A DNA stretch of 64,000 bases from Chrysomallon squamiferum (GCA_012295275.1 CM022665.1:35712001-35776000), one strand, 5' to 3'; positions 13,370-27,010 are shown, counted from the first letter of the stretch. Notes: generated by a model from the sequence alone, not told the origin. Made by a program: numbers and translations.

Positions 13370-14395
13370 GTTTACGTCAGGGGAAAAATCAAGGGTTTGT
13401 CAGGGGCAATCAGTGTGTAAATATGTTGAAGATTTAGTAATTAGGGATAATTAGAATCATATGAAAATCCCAAAATAACCAAAAAACAAATTGAATAATA
13501 TATTATATATATCAGCGGGGAAATCAAGGATTTGTTGGGGGCAATCAAAATGTAAATATATTGAAGATTTAGTAATTAGGGTTAATTAGAATTTGTTATT
13601 AAAAAAAAAAAAAAAAAAAAAAACACAAAAAACACAAAAAAACATCACCAAAAAAAAGAAAAAAAAAAATTGTTTTCCTATTATATATATCAGGGGGGAA
13701 ATCAAGGGTTTGTTGGGAGCAATCAGTCTGTAAATATGTTGAAGATTTAGTAATTAGGGGTAATTAGAATCTTATATGTAAACTGAAAAATAAAAATAAA
13801 AACTTAAATACTATATTATATAAATCAAGGGTTTGTTGGGGCAATCAGTATATAAATATAATGAAGATTTAGTAATTAGCATTAATTAGAATCTTTTATA
13901 TAAATTTTTTAAAAATTAAAAATTAATTATTATATAAATCAGGGGGAAAATCAGGGCTTTGTTGGGGCAATCAGTATATAATGAAGAATTAATAATTAGC
14001 ATTAATTAGAATCTTCTATATAAATTTTTTTTAAAAAACAACAAATTAAATATATTATATAAATCGGGGGAAATAAATGGGGTTTTCTTGGGGGCAATCA
14101 GTATGTAAATATAATGAAGATTTAGTAATTAGAATCTTACAAAAAAAACCCAACAAATTGAATATTATATTATATAAATCAGGGGGAAAATCAAGGGTTT
14201 GTTGGGGGCAATCATTGTGTGTAAATATAATGAAGATTTAGTAATTAGGGGTAATTAGAATCTTCTATTTAATAAAATAAAAACATTTTTATCCTTTATT
14301 TTTTTATTTTTTTGCTTTATAAATTTATATCAGGCATAATCAAGGGTTTGTTTGGTAAATGTATTCAAAATTTTGTAATTAGGGGTAATTAGAAT
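13370..14395. repeat. Degenerate tandem repeat, 8 copies of a ~75-80 bp core with variable A-rich linkers, just downstream of the IRAG/LRMP stop
   Basis: Core ATCAGGGGGAAAATCAAGGGTTTGTTGGGGGCAATCAGT...GAAGATTTAGTAATTAGGGGTAATTAGAATC. The GAAGATTTAGTAATT anchor recurs near 13428, 13563, 13741, 13863, 13983, 14116, 14232 and (degenerate) 14365; period about 116-178 bp. Confidence 0.9.
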
Positions 14396-14514
14396 TTTTT
14401 TTTTTTTTTATTCTTTGAAAAAAAAATCTTTACTGCTACAAAAACAAGTTACTGTTTTTTTCTTTTAATCACAAGTTTTTAAAAAAGAAAAGACCGTAGA
14501 ATGAAATAAAAAAA

Positions 14515-14615
14515 TCATTACTTACATATGTATTGTCAAAACCTTGATTTTGATATGATAAATTACAAAATATTTATCACCTTTATCTTAAAAAAGGAGG
14601 AAGTCTTATATTTAA

Positions 14616-14647
<32 letters not shown>

Positions 14648-15510
14648 TATATATATATATTCTAAAATAAAATTTAAACAAAATGAAAATTGCTCAGTTA
14701 TTCATCTTAAAAAAAAAAGAAAAAAAAAATTTAAGCAAATATGATTTTATAAAACATTTCTACACTTCTGTCTTCCACAAAAAAAAAATAAATAAATAAA
14801 AAGCAGCCTTACTTTGACATATATTATTGAAATCTTGCTTTTTGTGGTATAACTGTAAAAGAAATAATAATGATTGTATGTCTCCTTAAAAAGAAAGAAG
14901 ATATTTATTACCTTAAAGGTAAATTTTTATTTTCATGGTATATTTTTTTAAAAAGCCTTATTTTGAATTGTCCAAATCTTTTGTTATGGTATAACTGTAA
15001 AATAAATAATAATGACTGTACACTTTTAGTCTTCCTTTAAATATATTTATTTATTGTGACTTTTTTCTTCCTGTAAATATACTTATTATGCCTTTTTTTG
15101 CCTTCCATTAAATTTATTAAAACATAAAAAACTTGATATATAAAACAGAAATTTATTACCTTGATGAATTTTGATTTTGATGGTATATTATTTATTTTTT
15201 AAAGAAAGCCTTACTTTGTCATATAGTCAAAATCTCGATTTTTATGGTATAACTGAACGAAATAATAATTGTACATTTTAACTCTTCCTTTAAATGCATT
15301 TATTTATTGTGACTATATATATTTATTTATTTTTTAAATTGATATAAAACAGATTTATTACCTTAACATGTAAATTTTATTTTATTAATATTTTGATTTT
15401 TTTAAAGCCTTAATTTGACGCATATTGTCAAAATTTTGATTTATAAAAAAAACAAAAAAACAAAAAAACATTTATGGTGCAACCATAAAAGAAATTAGTG
15501 TACTTTCACT
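14515..15510. repeat. Second degenerate tandem repeat, 4-5 copies, period about 150-250 bp
   Basis: GCCTTACTTTG...ATTGTCAAAATCTTG...TATGGTATAACTGTAAAA..AATAAT recurs near 14806, 14955, 15208 and 15407 (partial near 14520). ATTTATTACCTT recurs near 14903, 15151 and 15353. Confidence 0.7.
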
Positions 15511-16909
15511 CTTTATTCATGATTTTTTTCTTGCATTTTTTTGTTGTGATTTTTACAAAAATACATTTTTGTTTCACCTAATTCAGTGCTTCAGGTACTT
15601 TAATTTTGTCAATACTGTTACAAAATCTGGTTATTATATAACCAGTTGTAACATTTATCATTTTAGTCTGTGTAAACTATTACCAGTATTTTGTTTCATT
15701 TTAAGTCCAAAAAATCTGTAATATTATGTTTCTAATGTATGTTCCCACACCCTCTATTAACTAAATTAAAATCTTATTTGTTTTAATCATGACTTTGTTA
15801 TTTTTAATAAGAAACATGATTTCAAGTTGCCTAGATAATAAAAATTAAATATTCAGTTATTCTGGTTTAGACGTTTCTGCCAGTTTGTATTTGCTTTTCC
15901 CATTTTAGAAAAAATATATATATTTCAATAAGAAATCTTTAAAAATGATAAAAACAAAGAGAAAAAAAATGTACACAAATGGAAGTAAATAAATAAATAA
16001 ATAAATAAAGTACAAATGGTAATTATTTTCAAGCTGAATGAAAAGTATAGATGGTTTGTACAAAAATCCAGCACCTCCTAGTTTATCAATATAATTGGTT
16101 TTCCTTAAAACAACACTACTAAATGCACTGCAGAGGTTATCATCTGGAGAAAGAAACTAGTTTATTTAAGCAAAAGTAGCAGGGGTTCTAATGCAGACTT
16201 AAGGCTATCTGGTAAAAAGGTTTAGAAATGCTTGTGACAACAAAACGCACGCAGTGCCTAATCTGTATTATATGAAAACAAAGTAATTCAAACAGTCACT
16301 TAACTAAATGCATTACAGTCTTTGCTTTTAAGGATTATAGTACCTAAATATTTTTCCACCTTTCAGATTCACATCTTCATTGTATATTCTAAGAGATATA
16401 TTGTAAGGTCATGTTAATTGCAAAATTAATGAAAACATTTGCAAATTCAGTTTTTAAATATTTTTAGTAATCTTTGGAACTTTTGAAAATAATTGTTGAC
16501 CAACAATAAAATATAACCGGGTTATGTTACATAAATGGGTGGCAGTACAAATATTTTTAATACAAAAACATTTGTTCTTAACTGTTCTAAATCCTGACAT
16601 CTGCAAAATCAAACTCATTGCATCTTATCAAAAACCAATAATCAAAAATGCAAATCATGCTAAAACTGTCAAAAATGTTAAGGCACATTCAAATAATTTA
16701 GAAAAAAAGATTTTTTTTGTTTTTATTTTTTATTTTACAAGTATATATATATTGATCAACATCTTTGGCAAGTTTCTGTAATTGTTGTCAACCAGCTAAA
16801 GATAATCTGACAATCATGATTTATATACACATCTTGTTCGAGTCTATGAAAACAAACATTCAAAGCACCAGAATGAACACTAAACATGCAGAATGGCATC
16901 CTATACATC

Positions 16910-16911
<2 letters not shown>

Positions 16912-16944
<33 letters not shown>
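16912..16944. repeat. (CT)n microsatellite
   Basis: Pure TC dinucleotide run. Confidence 0.9.
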
Positions 16945-16946
<2 letters not shown>

Positions 16947-17877
16947 ATATAGACACATACACCCGTATGCACACCAAGTCACCACAATTTTAATAGATTA
17001 TCAATGACAACTGCACAAGCTTGAGAAAGCAATTAAATCTAATGGTTTAACATTAAAGAAATATTCAGTAATAAAAACAATATTACAAGTCAATCTAGGT
17101 TTACTGTTCTGAAAGTTTTTTAGCAAGTGAATTTTAAGGTTTTTGAAACAATCAGCAAGAATTTCCATGATCAATACTCCACCACTATTACATACCATTC
17201 CAACACAAATAGCACCTATACATTAACTACAAAATCTGAAATTTCAGCCATATGTAGTTTATTTTACATTGTTCACACAATATTTGTCACTTCCATTCAA
17301 ATGTGTACTGTTCTGTAAAGAATGCATACACATTCATATATATGTACAATCAGAAAAACATAGATTAATAATGAAAAACAATAAGAAAAAAATTGACATG
17401 AAACAAAGTTGCACTTTCGTCACAGCCTGGGGTTAAGAATTAACAACAAAATAGCACAGTCTATCAAGCATTCCACAATATCACTGGTCATTAGACCTGC
17501 ACATTGACTATCACCAATTTTTTAATTTTTTTTTTAATTTTTTTTATAATAGCCCACTCCAAACTGATAATATCATTTGAAACTTAAAACTGAATATTCA
17601 GTGTTTTTTATTTAAAGCATTCTTAATCTCGTGAACTGTTTATTAATCATTAAACAAATAATTAATTAATCCTTTATTATCATCAGCCAATTTATTTTAT
17701 ATTTTGAAACCAAAGTTCTCAGTAAAATAAATTTTACCTTTAGATAGCATTACCTGTTATTTAGCAATCAGTTTTTATGTACTGTATAACAGTAATTAAA
17801 ACAACTGTATTTAAGTTTGATCACAATCATATTAGGGTTTGGAGTAGGGATCACAGTCTGAACAATGTACAACAGTC

Positions 17878-20800
17878 CTAGAATGCAGACAAACTTATGC
17901 TTCTCTTCATTTTATTGCCAATCAGTCTCCCCACCCTTGCAAGTCGATTTGAGTGCTGGCTGGCCAGTGGAGTTACTTGTGTTATAAACTGGGTGGCTTC
18001 TATCAACTGCCTGTGAAAAAAAAAATAATAATAAATAAATAAATAAAAAAACAAGTGCACTTTACACTGCCACTCTAAAAGAATGCAGAATTTAAAAATT
18101 ATTAACTTAAAATTTCCAATTTGCTGTTTAATAGTAAGAGATCTCTCCTCCTTCCACATTATAAGTGAAGCTAATAATTTCCTTTTGCTGGTGTTCAAAA
18201 TTGTAAAGGACACTGACACAGCACCTTCAAAACATCAGTGTTTAGTTATTTCAATTTCTAACAATTTATTATAGAAATGCTTACTTTGATAACATCTGAT
18301 TTTTAAATCGTTCTTCATTGAGTTCTTTTCTGAGTTGTGCTTTTGTTTTCTGTATTTGTGGACACAGTAGTGGATGCTGTGTCAGGGCTTGAGCAGATGG
18401 TCTGTCTCGTGGATCCTTGCTAATCATTGTTTGTAATAACTGATGGAATTCACTAGAATAACCAGGCAGGCCAGGAAGAACTCCATCTCGTATAGAGTGC
18501 CAGACCTTGCCATTCTTTGGTAGTCGTTCACAAGATGCCTGCAAAATTATTAAATAAATTCATCTGACAATAACTGTTGTAGCAAAATAATGTGTATATA
18601 ATTTTAATATTAAAACATTTTAATCTTTTATTTCTTTAAATTAAGACGTCTTGGTGATGCATACGAAAGAAATCATCCACTAACAATATTTTTTATTTAA
18701 GAAACTGAAAAAATTACATTAATTTTAATATATGATGTATATATCAGATACATTGGCTTATTTTCAAGTAATTGTAATAATCAAACAGTACTTACTGCTT
18801 CAAATATCGTCAGGCCAAGGGAGAAAATGTCAGCTTTAGGTAGATGATTGTAATCTTCATTAAGAATTTCTCTTGGTAGGTAACGACAGTCACCTTCTTC
18901 AACAACAGGGTTTGAGATGGATGTTACATGACCTAAATCACCTGTAAATTTATAAGATTCTTATTAAATATTTCAAAGTGTTAAAAATCAACAATAGCCA
19001 GACTCATTTTTGTGTGACATATATTATTTTTTAAATTATTATTTTATAACAGTATCAACTTCTGAAAATATCATTAAAATCAATATATTTTGGACCTTAC
19101 ACAGACTTTAGTAAAAAGTTCTTACCAATCTTATAAGTAACTGGTTCCTCTTTTTCTTCTTCTTCTTCACATGACTCCATGCCACTTTCAGGTGATGCTA
19201 GTATTCTAGGATTCCGATGAATAAAGATATTGCCAGGCTTTAAATCAAGATGGACAAGATTTTGAGAATGTATGTATTTCAACCCAAGAGCAGCCTGATA
19301 AAGAATTTGTTTCAACTCAGACTCGAGCAGCTGACCACAAGAATGCCTGTGATTGTCTACCATATCTGCTAAACTACCACCTATAAAATTAAAATACAAT
19401 ACAATCAGAATATTTACTTTGATATATATATTACACGTGTAACATTTTATTACATCAATTTTCAAGCCAATAAATATTTTAAAGTGAAAATAAACAATTT
19501 CTAACTGCAATGTTGTTGTTTTTTAAACAAGCCTCAAGTTAAAGATAACTGTGCAAAATAATTTCTACTTCATAAATAACAGAGTGTACCTTATTTTAAA
19601 ATAAACTTGGCAAAAACTGAATATCAAACCTACCATTACAATATTCATTCTGTATAAACATATGATCATCCTCTGCCCATGCTGAGTAGTACCGTACAAC
19701 ATGTGCATGTTTCCCCAATACTGCATGTGCATATACTTCATTCATTGCATTTCGCCTGTAATTAAACATTTTAAAAAATTAATGGATTAACCATAAACAA
19801 TTATCCTGAGAAAAAACATGCAAAAAGATTTGAAAAATCATTTATGGAAGTCCTGCTGACAAGAGATTTTTCCACACCCAATTTTATTCTTTTTTCTTTT
19901 TAACTCCAGTATTAAAATATTAAATAGCAGCTGAATGATGAAGTAAATTTATGAAGTCGTTAGATTTTGGATGAATGAAATAAAGCAAAATACTTACTCA
20001 TAGACACTACCAGCTACTGGAGTTTTAGATTTTTTAATAGCATAGGTACAACCATCTAATCTATGGACACACTTGTGAACACTTCCAAATTCACCATCAC
20101 CAAGCTTGCAAATTTCATAAAATTCTTCAACATAGCGTGACGTATTGATCTCATGTAAAGCAATTTTCTAAAAACAAAAGATTAGTTGTATGAAATTTTA
20201 ATATTAAGGAAAGTATTCCTAATGTGTGAAATACACAAGCTGCTGAAACAAAAGCTTTTAATTAAAACCTAACCAATCAAATAAATATGTAAAATATATG
20301 TTTCACTTGATTGCATATATATATATATATATGAGTATTTATTACTGACCTCTTAAACTGCAATCAGTTCAGCAGTTCAGGTAGATAAAAAAGTGCAAGA
20401 TAATAAAGAAGACATTTCTATTTTTGATTTGACCAAGTTTGTTGTTTGTCAAATATTTAGTTATTTATAAACAGTATAATAACCTTCAAAAAATTATTGA
20501 TACTGTTTTGATAATGACAATAATAATAATGTTTTAAAAATTATAATTACCTTTGATGGCATCTCTGAATCGGAATCATCTTGCATGGAGTCCTCCAATG
20601 GACTTCTGAAATATATCAGTGTAAGTTGTTATACATATGCCTGTGTAGAACATGTTGTACTATATATATGCGAGTCATATAAAAAGATTTTGTTTCTCTC
20701 TCCAGAACTTAGTGCACGTCAATGTCATAGCAGAAAATCATTTTATCAAAACAGCTTGGAATATATCTGTTGTTTGATGCAAATAAACATCTTTTATTGT

Positions 20801-22432
20801 TTCTAATCAATAAGAATAACCAATAAAATGTTTCCATTCTTATATACATTAATATAAAATGTTGAAATTACATATTCATACCTTGTTCAAAATGTTAAAA
20901 AAAAATAATAAAATAAAGAAAATATATTATCCTATTTCTTCTAATAAAAGCAAAGCAGTTCAGTTGAGAAAATATCAGTTTTTCTATGTGGGTATTTACA
21001 AATACAACTGGAAATTTCTCAGTTCATGTGCAAAGGTATCAGTTCATGTAAGTCACACTATCCATGAAAAATTGTTATCAAACTTTTATTAATAACAGTT
21101 GAAGAGACTCTTTACAGAAAAATGAAAGGACTCATTACAGAGAAATATATTTCAATAAAGCAGTAATATATTTAACAGAATCTTGGTTGTTTAACATTCA
21201 TAGTTTTATACTGTAAATAATAACTACAAAATAAACAACACTATCTTTGTGACAGGCAAATATAAGCATATTCCCCACAACTGTACTCAAGGTGAGATTA
21301 CAAAATAATAAAATAAAAATCATAGCACACTTAGGTTGAATTATTTGATGTGCTACTAATCTAGAAGTCATCAAAAATAAACATTAAAATAATAGTAATT
21401 ACGTAAGCTTTTTGTTTTTTTAAATTAAGAGTTCATAAATTTCACTGAATTCCACTTCTTTGAAGTTATGTACAGATACATATAAATTATTCGTGTAACA
21501 GTACAAATTCAATTCAAATTTAATATTCAATAATACAAGTTTTTCTTATTCGGTTTCTTTTATTTCTGAATATTCTTTTTCATTTAAATATGCATGTTTT
21601 TTATATGCACACTGCAATTATATATTTTCTAATGGTGTGTCATGACTGATTTTTTTAATGTATTTTCATCGTTTCTGATTCACTGGAGGGATAGGGTAAA
21701 TCATAAATAAGAAGTCATTACTTTCTATATAATTTTTTTTTTTTAAATCAAAGGCTATTTTTAAAGTCATTAAAAATAATTATATGCATTTTATTTTCCT
21801 AATGGTCTCATTTTAAAACTAGGGAAAAAAATGTCTGAAGCTTAAAATACGGTTTTGAAATGCGCTTGAATATAGGTCAAATGTTTAAAAACCACTCAAA
21901 TGACTCACCTTTCCATATCCATTCTGGTTCGCTTCACACCAGTAGCTAGATTTACAGGTGTAAATGGGTTTGTGTTCGCTTCAACTTTATTACATTCTGG
22001 TGTTGCTTTTTTCTTTTCTCGTATCTTAGTTCTTTGCGCTTTCTGAAGAAGAGATTTTGGTGTATGTGGTGTATCAAAAAGTCGCAAAGCACGAAGCCTT
22101 CTATGAGGCGGAGATGCCGGAGAACCGGACGGGGAAAGATCACAATTACTGGGAACCTGTTGTTCTTCATCATCGTCCATATCATCGAAATTTAAAGTTA
22201 CTGATACCGGGGACATTCTTCGAGATCGCGTACTCCTTCGCATTCGACGTGGGCTTGGTACTGTCAACGGGGAAGCAAAATCAACATCAAGAAAATCAGA
22301 AACAACCGGCGACGAATCTTCATGGAAGCCAGAATCGTCTAGTTCTTCATACGTTAATGTTTTAGGAATACAAGCCTCACCTCTTTTCGTCATTCTCTTA
22401 CCGCGATGATGTCGGGGTTGTAACGTAGACAT
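17878..22432 (-). CDS. WEE1: Wee1-like protein kinase (CDK1 Tyr15 kinase), 8 coding exons, 552 aa
   Basis: Exons (minus): 22432-21909, 20605-20551, 20167-19998, 19755-19634, 19380-19126, 18941-18796, 18538-18285, 18010-17878; 1659 nt, all phases consistent. Diagnostic motifs: [14 protein letters not shown], NxNPFTP (Wee box), [66 protein letters not shown]-terminal coiled coil and RSISLS (14-3-3 site-like). Confidence 0.97.
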
Positions 22433-22544
22433 AGTTATACACTATTCCACAAAACAATTATTTCCTTGTCTAACAAATGAAATCCACAACAGTAATATTC
22501 CGTGATCTAACCACTTCTAACTGAATACCGTTCACTTCGCCTCC

Positions 22545-22660
22545 TTTAAGATTTGGCGGGACCGTTAACCACGTGACATAATTAGCCAATTGAAGAGCGC
22601 GCACCGACTATCCCTTGAGTAATGTTTTTCTAGGGCGGCCAATATGGATTGGCTACGACC
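22545..22660 (-). promoter_or_regulatory. Wee1 proximal promoter: E2F-like site, E-box, CCAAT boxes, GC box
   Basis: About 120-220 bp upstream of the ATG in a CpG-rich patch: TTTGGCGGG (22552-22560), CACGTG (22570-22575), CCAAT (22586-22590, 22639-22643), ATTGG (22648-22652), GGGCGG (22633-22638). This combination is typical of cell-cycle gene promoters. Confidence 0.7.
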
Positions 22661-25600
22661 AACGAGCAAAGATTGCGGCATCTCTTTGACTCCCCATGGA
22701 TGACGCGTAGATATCAAAAGAAGCCGATTAGATACTTATCTGCGTGTTGCTTGGCCAAGCTGGTATCAAAGAAACAATTTGTCAAGTATTTATTCGTGTT
22801 TGTTCTTCGTAACTCATTTCCAAGTACATCTGTAAACCAAAATGATTACAATTCAGAAAATGTATAAAACAAATCGTTAAATATTCTTAAAAGAAATGTT
22901 ATTCCAATTTATGAAGTTAATGAGAAGTAACCTTAAAAGTATTATAACTCTTTTAATAACAATAATATTTTGAACACACACACATACACAAAAAAAAAAA
23001 GGGGGGGGGGAGCTGGGGAAAAATAATAACTACAACGTATATAATTGCGTAATAATTACATGTACATGAGAGAATGGATGTATGTGTGTGTGTATGTATG
23101 TAAGTAAGTAACGCCTTATGCACTTTCATCTATTCTCATTCAGAGGTGTAATAAAATCAATTTATTTTTCAAATAACGGTGGGTTCCATTTTGAAAACGG
23201 CCCGATCGGTTATACCGTTCTTTAACAGCTAAGTGTGATACACGCAGATTACACGCTAAATTCTATGGCCTGCAATGTACTTGTGTATTGCTAGTGTTTA
23301 AATTTGCCTGCTGTTGTCATCGATTATTGAAGTGTTATTGCACCGTTGAGGTGTTTTCTTTCACCTTTCTTAATGAGTTATGTCCTTCCACAATGGCTTC
23401 ATTGCGAGGTGGCAAAGTTGGAAAACCGTAACGGGATAAACTGAGGCTTCCTGCAGAGACGTTTAAACATTAGACTTGTGTTGGTTATGTTGGCGATCCT
23501 GAAAATGCTCAGTTCGCTTCCCAGTGTCGGAATTGTATGGGATTTGTGATTATTATTATTATTGTTTTTGGGGTTTTTTTTTTTTTTTTTTTTTTTTTTG
23601 GCGGGGTGGTAACTTTCTTGAAAACAAATGTGCTACATTATACTAAATGAACACACACACACGCACACGTAATTTAATACATTTGAAATGGAGTAAATTT
23701 TGAATATAATTCAGTCACATCATTAAACTCTTTAAAGCCTAAAGATGATGGAATGGCATAATTTAATAGCATTATCAACAGAATAAAAAACAAAACAAAA
23801 AAACAAATCAACAAAACTACACACACAAAAGTAAATGGTATTTGAAATCGGTAAAACAGTTAATTTCTTATTATTTTCAAATTATCTCAGTTTCATTAGT
23901 TTGATATATATCATTCATAAATATAATTTGGCGGTTCATTTAAGCTTTTCAAAACTTCTAGTTACTTGATCGTCATTGTTCATTATACATAAATAATTAA
24001 ATAATATATACACACACGCACTGTTATTATTCTTATTCTTATTATACAGACCTAACATTTTGATAAAGTTTTAAAACAGTGTGAACTAAATAACAATTAT
24101 TATTACAACAGTAAACAGGTGTTGTGTTTGCCTCGGTGCATTCATCTTGTTTTGTTCAGATATTGTAATACATTCTCATTTTTCGGCGAACACCAGTTTA
24201 GAATGAACGTGGAGAAAAGACGATGCTACAGAAAGGTTCCGGATGAAAGCACCGCGGGACCACATGGTACAGATAAAAGCACCATGTGCAAAATGGAGAT
24301 GGGCGGAGAAATGTCACGCTGACTGACATTATAGATACTTTAACTTAAAGTTTAAGGCCAATCTAAGTCTTATTTTACTCTGATCATTTTAATTTGCATT
24401 TTGTAACAGTTATTATTAAAAACGCATAAGATGAGGATGATGATAATAGTAAAATTAGTGAAAGTAATAATAGTAGATATTAAGTGATAACAGTAATATT
24501 AATAGTAGTCATACTGGTAAATGCAGTAATTATTAAATTTTTTAACAATTAAACTTTTTTATTTATGATCTTAATTACGATTACAAAATAACAAGTAATT
24601 AATGTTATGAAGACAAACAGTGTAAAATAACATTTCAAAGTTTAAAGACAATTCAGAACATAAAAAGTATGGTGGTATTAAAAGAAAAAAGATAATAAAT
24701 AAAAAATTAAAATGATATGATAAAAGAAACTTTCTGCCGTTTAGTTCACTATTCTATTCAATTTACAAGTGATCATTTATGCATATTTCACATTTGATAT
24801 GAAGTTTATAGAAATAGAGCGCTATTACTACTACTGCTACTACTATTGTGGTTTTAAAAAAAAATCATTTACGGTTTTTATCAATTCATTATTTTTTTTT
24901 AAATTATTATTTTATTTATTTTTGTTTGCTTGCTTGCATTTTGGATTGAAAAGATTGAATTATATATTATAATTATCCGTTTTTATAAAGGCCTATTGTC
25001 ATTAATTTCTTGCTTATTTGATCTTTTATTTTAAATAATTGCTGGTTGATGTTGTTTTTGTTTTTCTTTTCAAGCTCTTTTTTCTTTTTTTAACATGTTT
25101 ATGTTATGGTCAACACAAATAAAGGAACATAATTACCACCAAACAAGTGACAGTTTTTTTGAGAAAAAGGTTTCGTGAAAACCGAGCTAATTGTTGATGA
25201 ACCAATTACCTACACATGCCTGTGTGCAGATTAACACTTTTGATGTTGAGGTCTTGTGCCGAAAATAAAGCAGGCCTTGAATAGAACAAAGGGTTCATCA
25301 GCCGTATCATTACGATGACTTTGAGGGAAAGTTTCACCCAGGAGATGCATAAGGAAGGGTCGGCCGCTTTGATCTGGAGTGGGGCCTCATTGCCTTGTTG
25401 ACAGAACCCATGTTTTAAGAAAACGTGTTAAATATACAGTGAACAAACACTGGTATGCACGGTCATAGCTTGCAGCATTTACACTCTGCTAAATAATAGA
25501 TCAATGTAAATAAACTCACTCGAACTATTTATTTTGTTATGTCTTTCATGAGTCATTTGGGAATTTAACATGTTTTAGCTTCATTGTAGTCTGCCTTTTA

Positions 25601-27007
25601 AGCGACAGTTAAAGTATATTATATTGGTCTACAAGAGAGATGGGTTAGTAGATTGTTCTGTCTGTGTTTTGATGGGTAACAGCTATCTGACAAACTGATC
25701 TAGCACCACTTTGGAAATCAAAGTGTATTATTGATGCAGTTATATGTTTTAGCTTAAGGATATTAGGTCTAAGCCTACTAAGTATTATTTATACGGCCTA
25801 GAGGTTACATAATGATACGCTATAACAAGGAAAGAAATAAATGAAACAGAAAAGGATAAAACTTTCATACATGCACACAAAAATTTACAAACACATAAGT
25901 ATATACAAACATACACGCTTTGCATTCACACACAATGTAAGATTATTATAGCACATAATAACAGAATAAAAGTGCATAAAATTATCGTACATAGCAAAGT
26001 GTTTAATCACCTCACTGCATCAACAGAGAAAAACAAACTATAAAAGAACAATAATAAAAAGATCAAAAAGAGATAACTTTGTAATACTGGTAGTTTATGA
26101 AGGTCAAAATTATTTTCTGAAATTTCTTAGCTATAAAGTACATCGATAATCTGACATTAACAGTATCTTTTCTTCTTTTCTTTTTTTTATCTGTCTGAGG
26201 ACAGCCCCTCAAAATAATATTAATAATAACAGCAAGTAGTGGTAACAGAATTCGTTGCGGTGATGTTGATAATGGTGGTAGTGGTAGTAGTTGTAGTATT
26301 AGAAACATTAGTTTTAGTAGTACCTGCAGTAGTATAAGAAGTAAATTAAGAACCGCTAATTAACCTCAGGAAAGAGATTAACTAATTACTGCAGAGATAA
26401 GATAAGAAGAACGAATCCTTCTGTTATCAACAACTTTGACAGTTTAGTGGTCATAGCCATTTGTTAGTAAATACTTCAACAATGTTTTATTTGACGCTTG
26501 CTAAACATTGTAAAAACCGCAGACTAGTGTGCACAAAGATATGTGTTTTTTTGTAATCTTAAAAAAGCTACTTCTTTCCGATCGTGGTTGTGTCTTTAGG
26601 ATGACATATTGATCAGTCGCCGTGGTTTATCAACATAATGCGCCGAGGAATGTTAAGAATTCGTAAAACTGCGTAATCGTAAACATTGAACATATGAATT
26701 ATGACATGCTGTGGTTTGTATTGTTTTAGTTTTGATATGTAACAGTTAGAACATAGAACGATTCAAACCTAGGACTACTGGCGTCGTTAAAGTATATGTC
26801 TTTAACCTGTAGATATGCCCACGGAACCTGCTTTTAGACAACATATATCAGAGAATTGTGGAATCCCCAAATCCCAATTACCTTCTCTCTAATAAATATT
26901 GCAATACATTAACATTGATTTGGGCAGCAAATTAAGATCTTGTTTAATATATCTAAGATAGGTGTGACTTAGCTATCAGAGTATTTAGTTAGCTATCAGA
27001 GTATAAG

Positions 27008-27010
<3 letters not shown>

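Noticed and set aside
13370-14395. CRISPR-like look (conserved repeat with variable spacers)
   Set aside because: Repeats are ~80 bp and degenerate, linkers are low-complexity poly-A related to each other, the context is a eukaryotic 3' flank, and there are no cas genes.
16700-17877. CPE-like elements in the Wee1 3' UTR
   Set aside because: U-rich motifs are expected by chance at this AT content, and the poly(A) site cannot be fixed from sequence alone.
24119-24322. 67-aa ORF or isolated coding exon
   Set aside because: No recognisable protein similarity, GTG start, and no partner exons in compatible phase were found.
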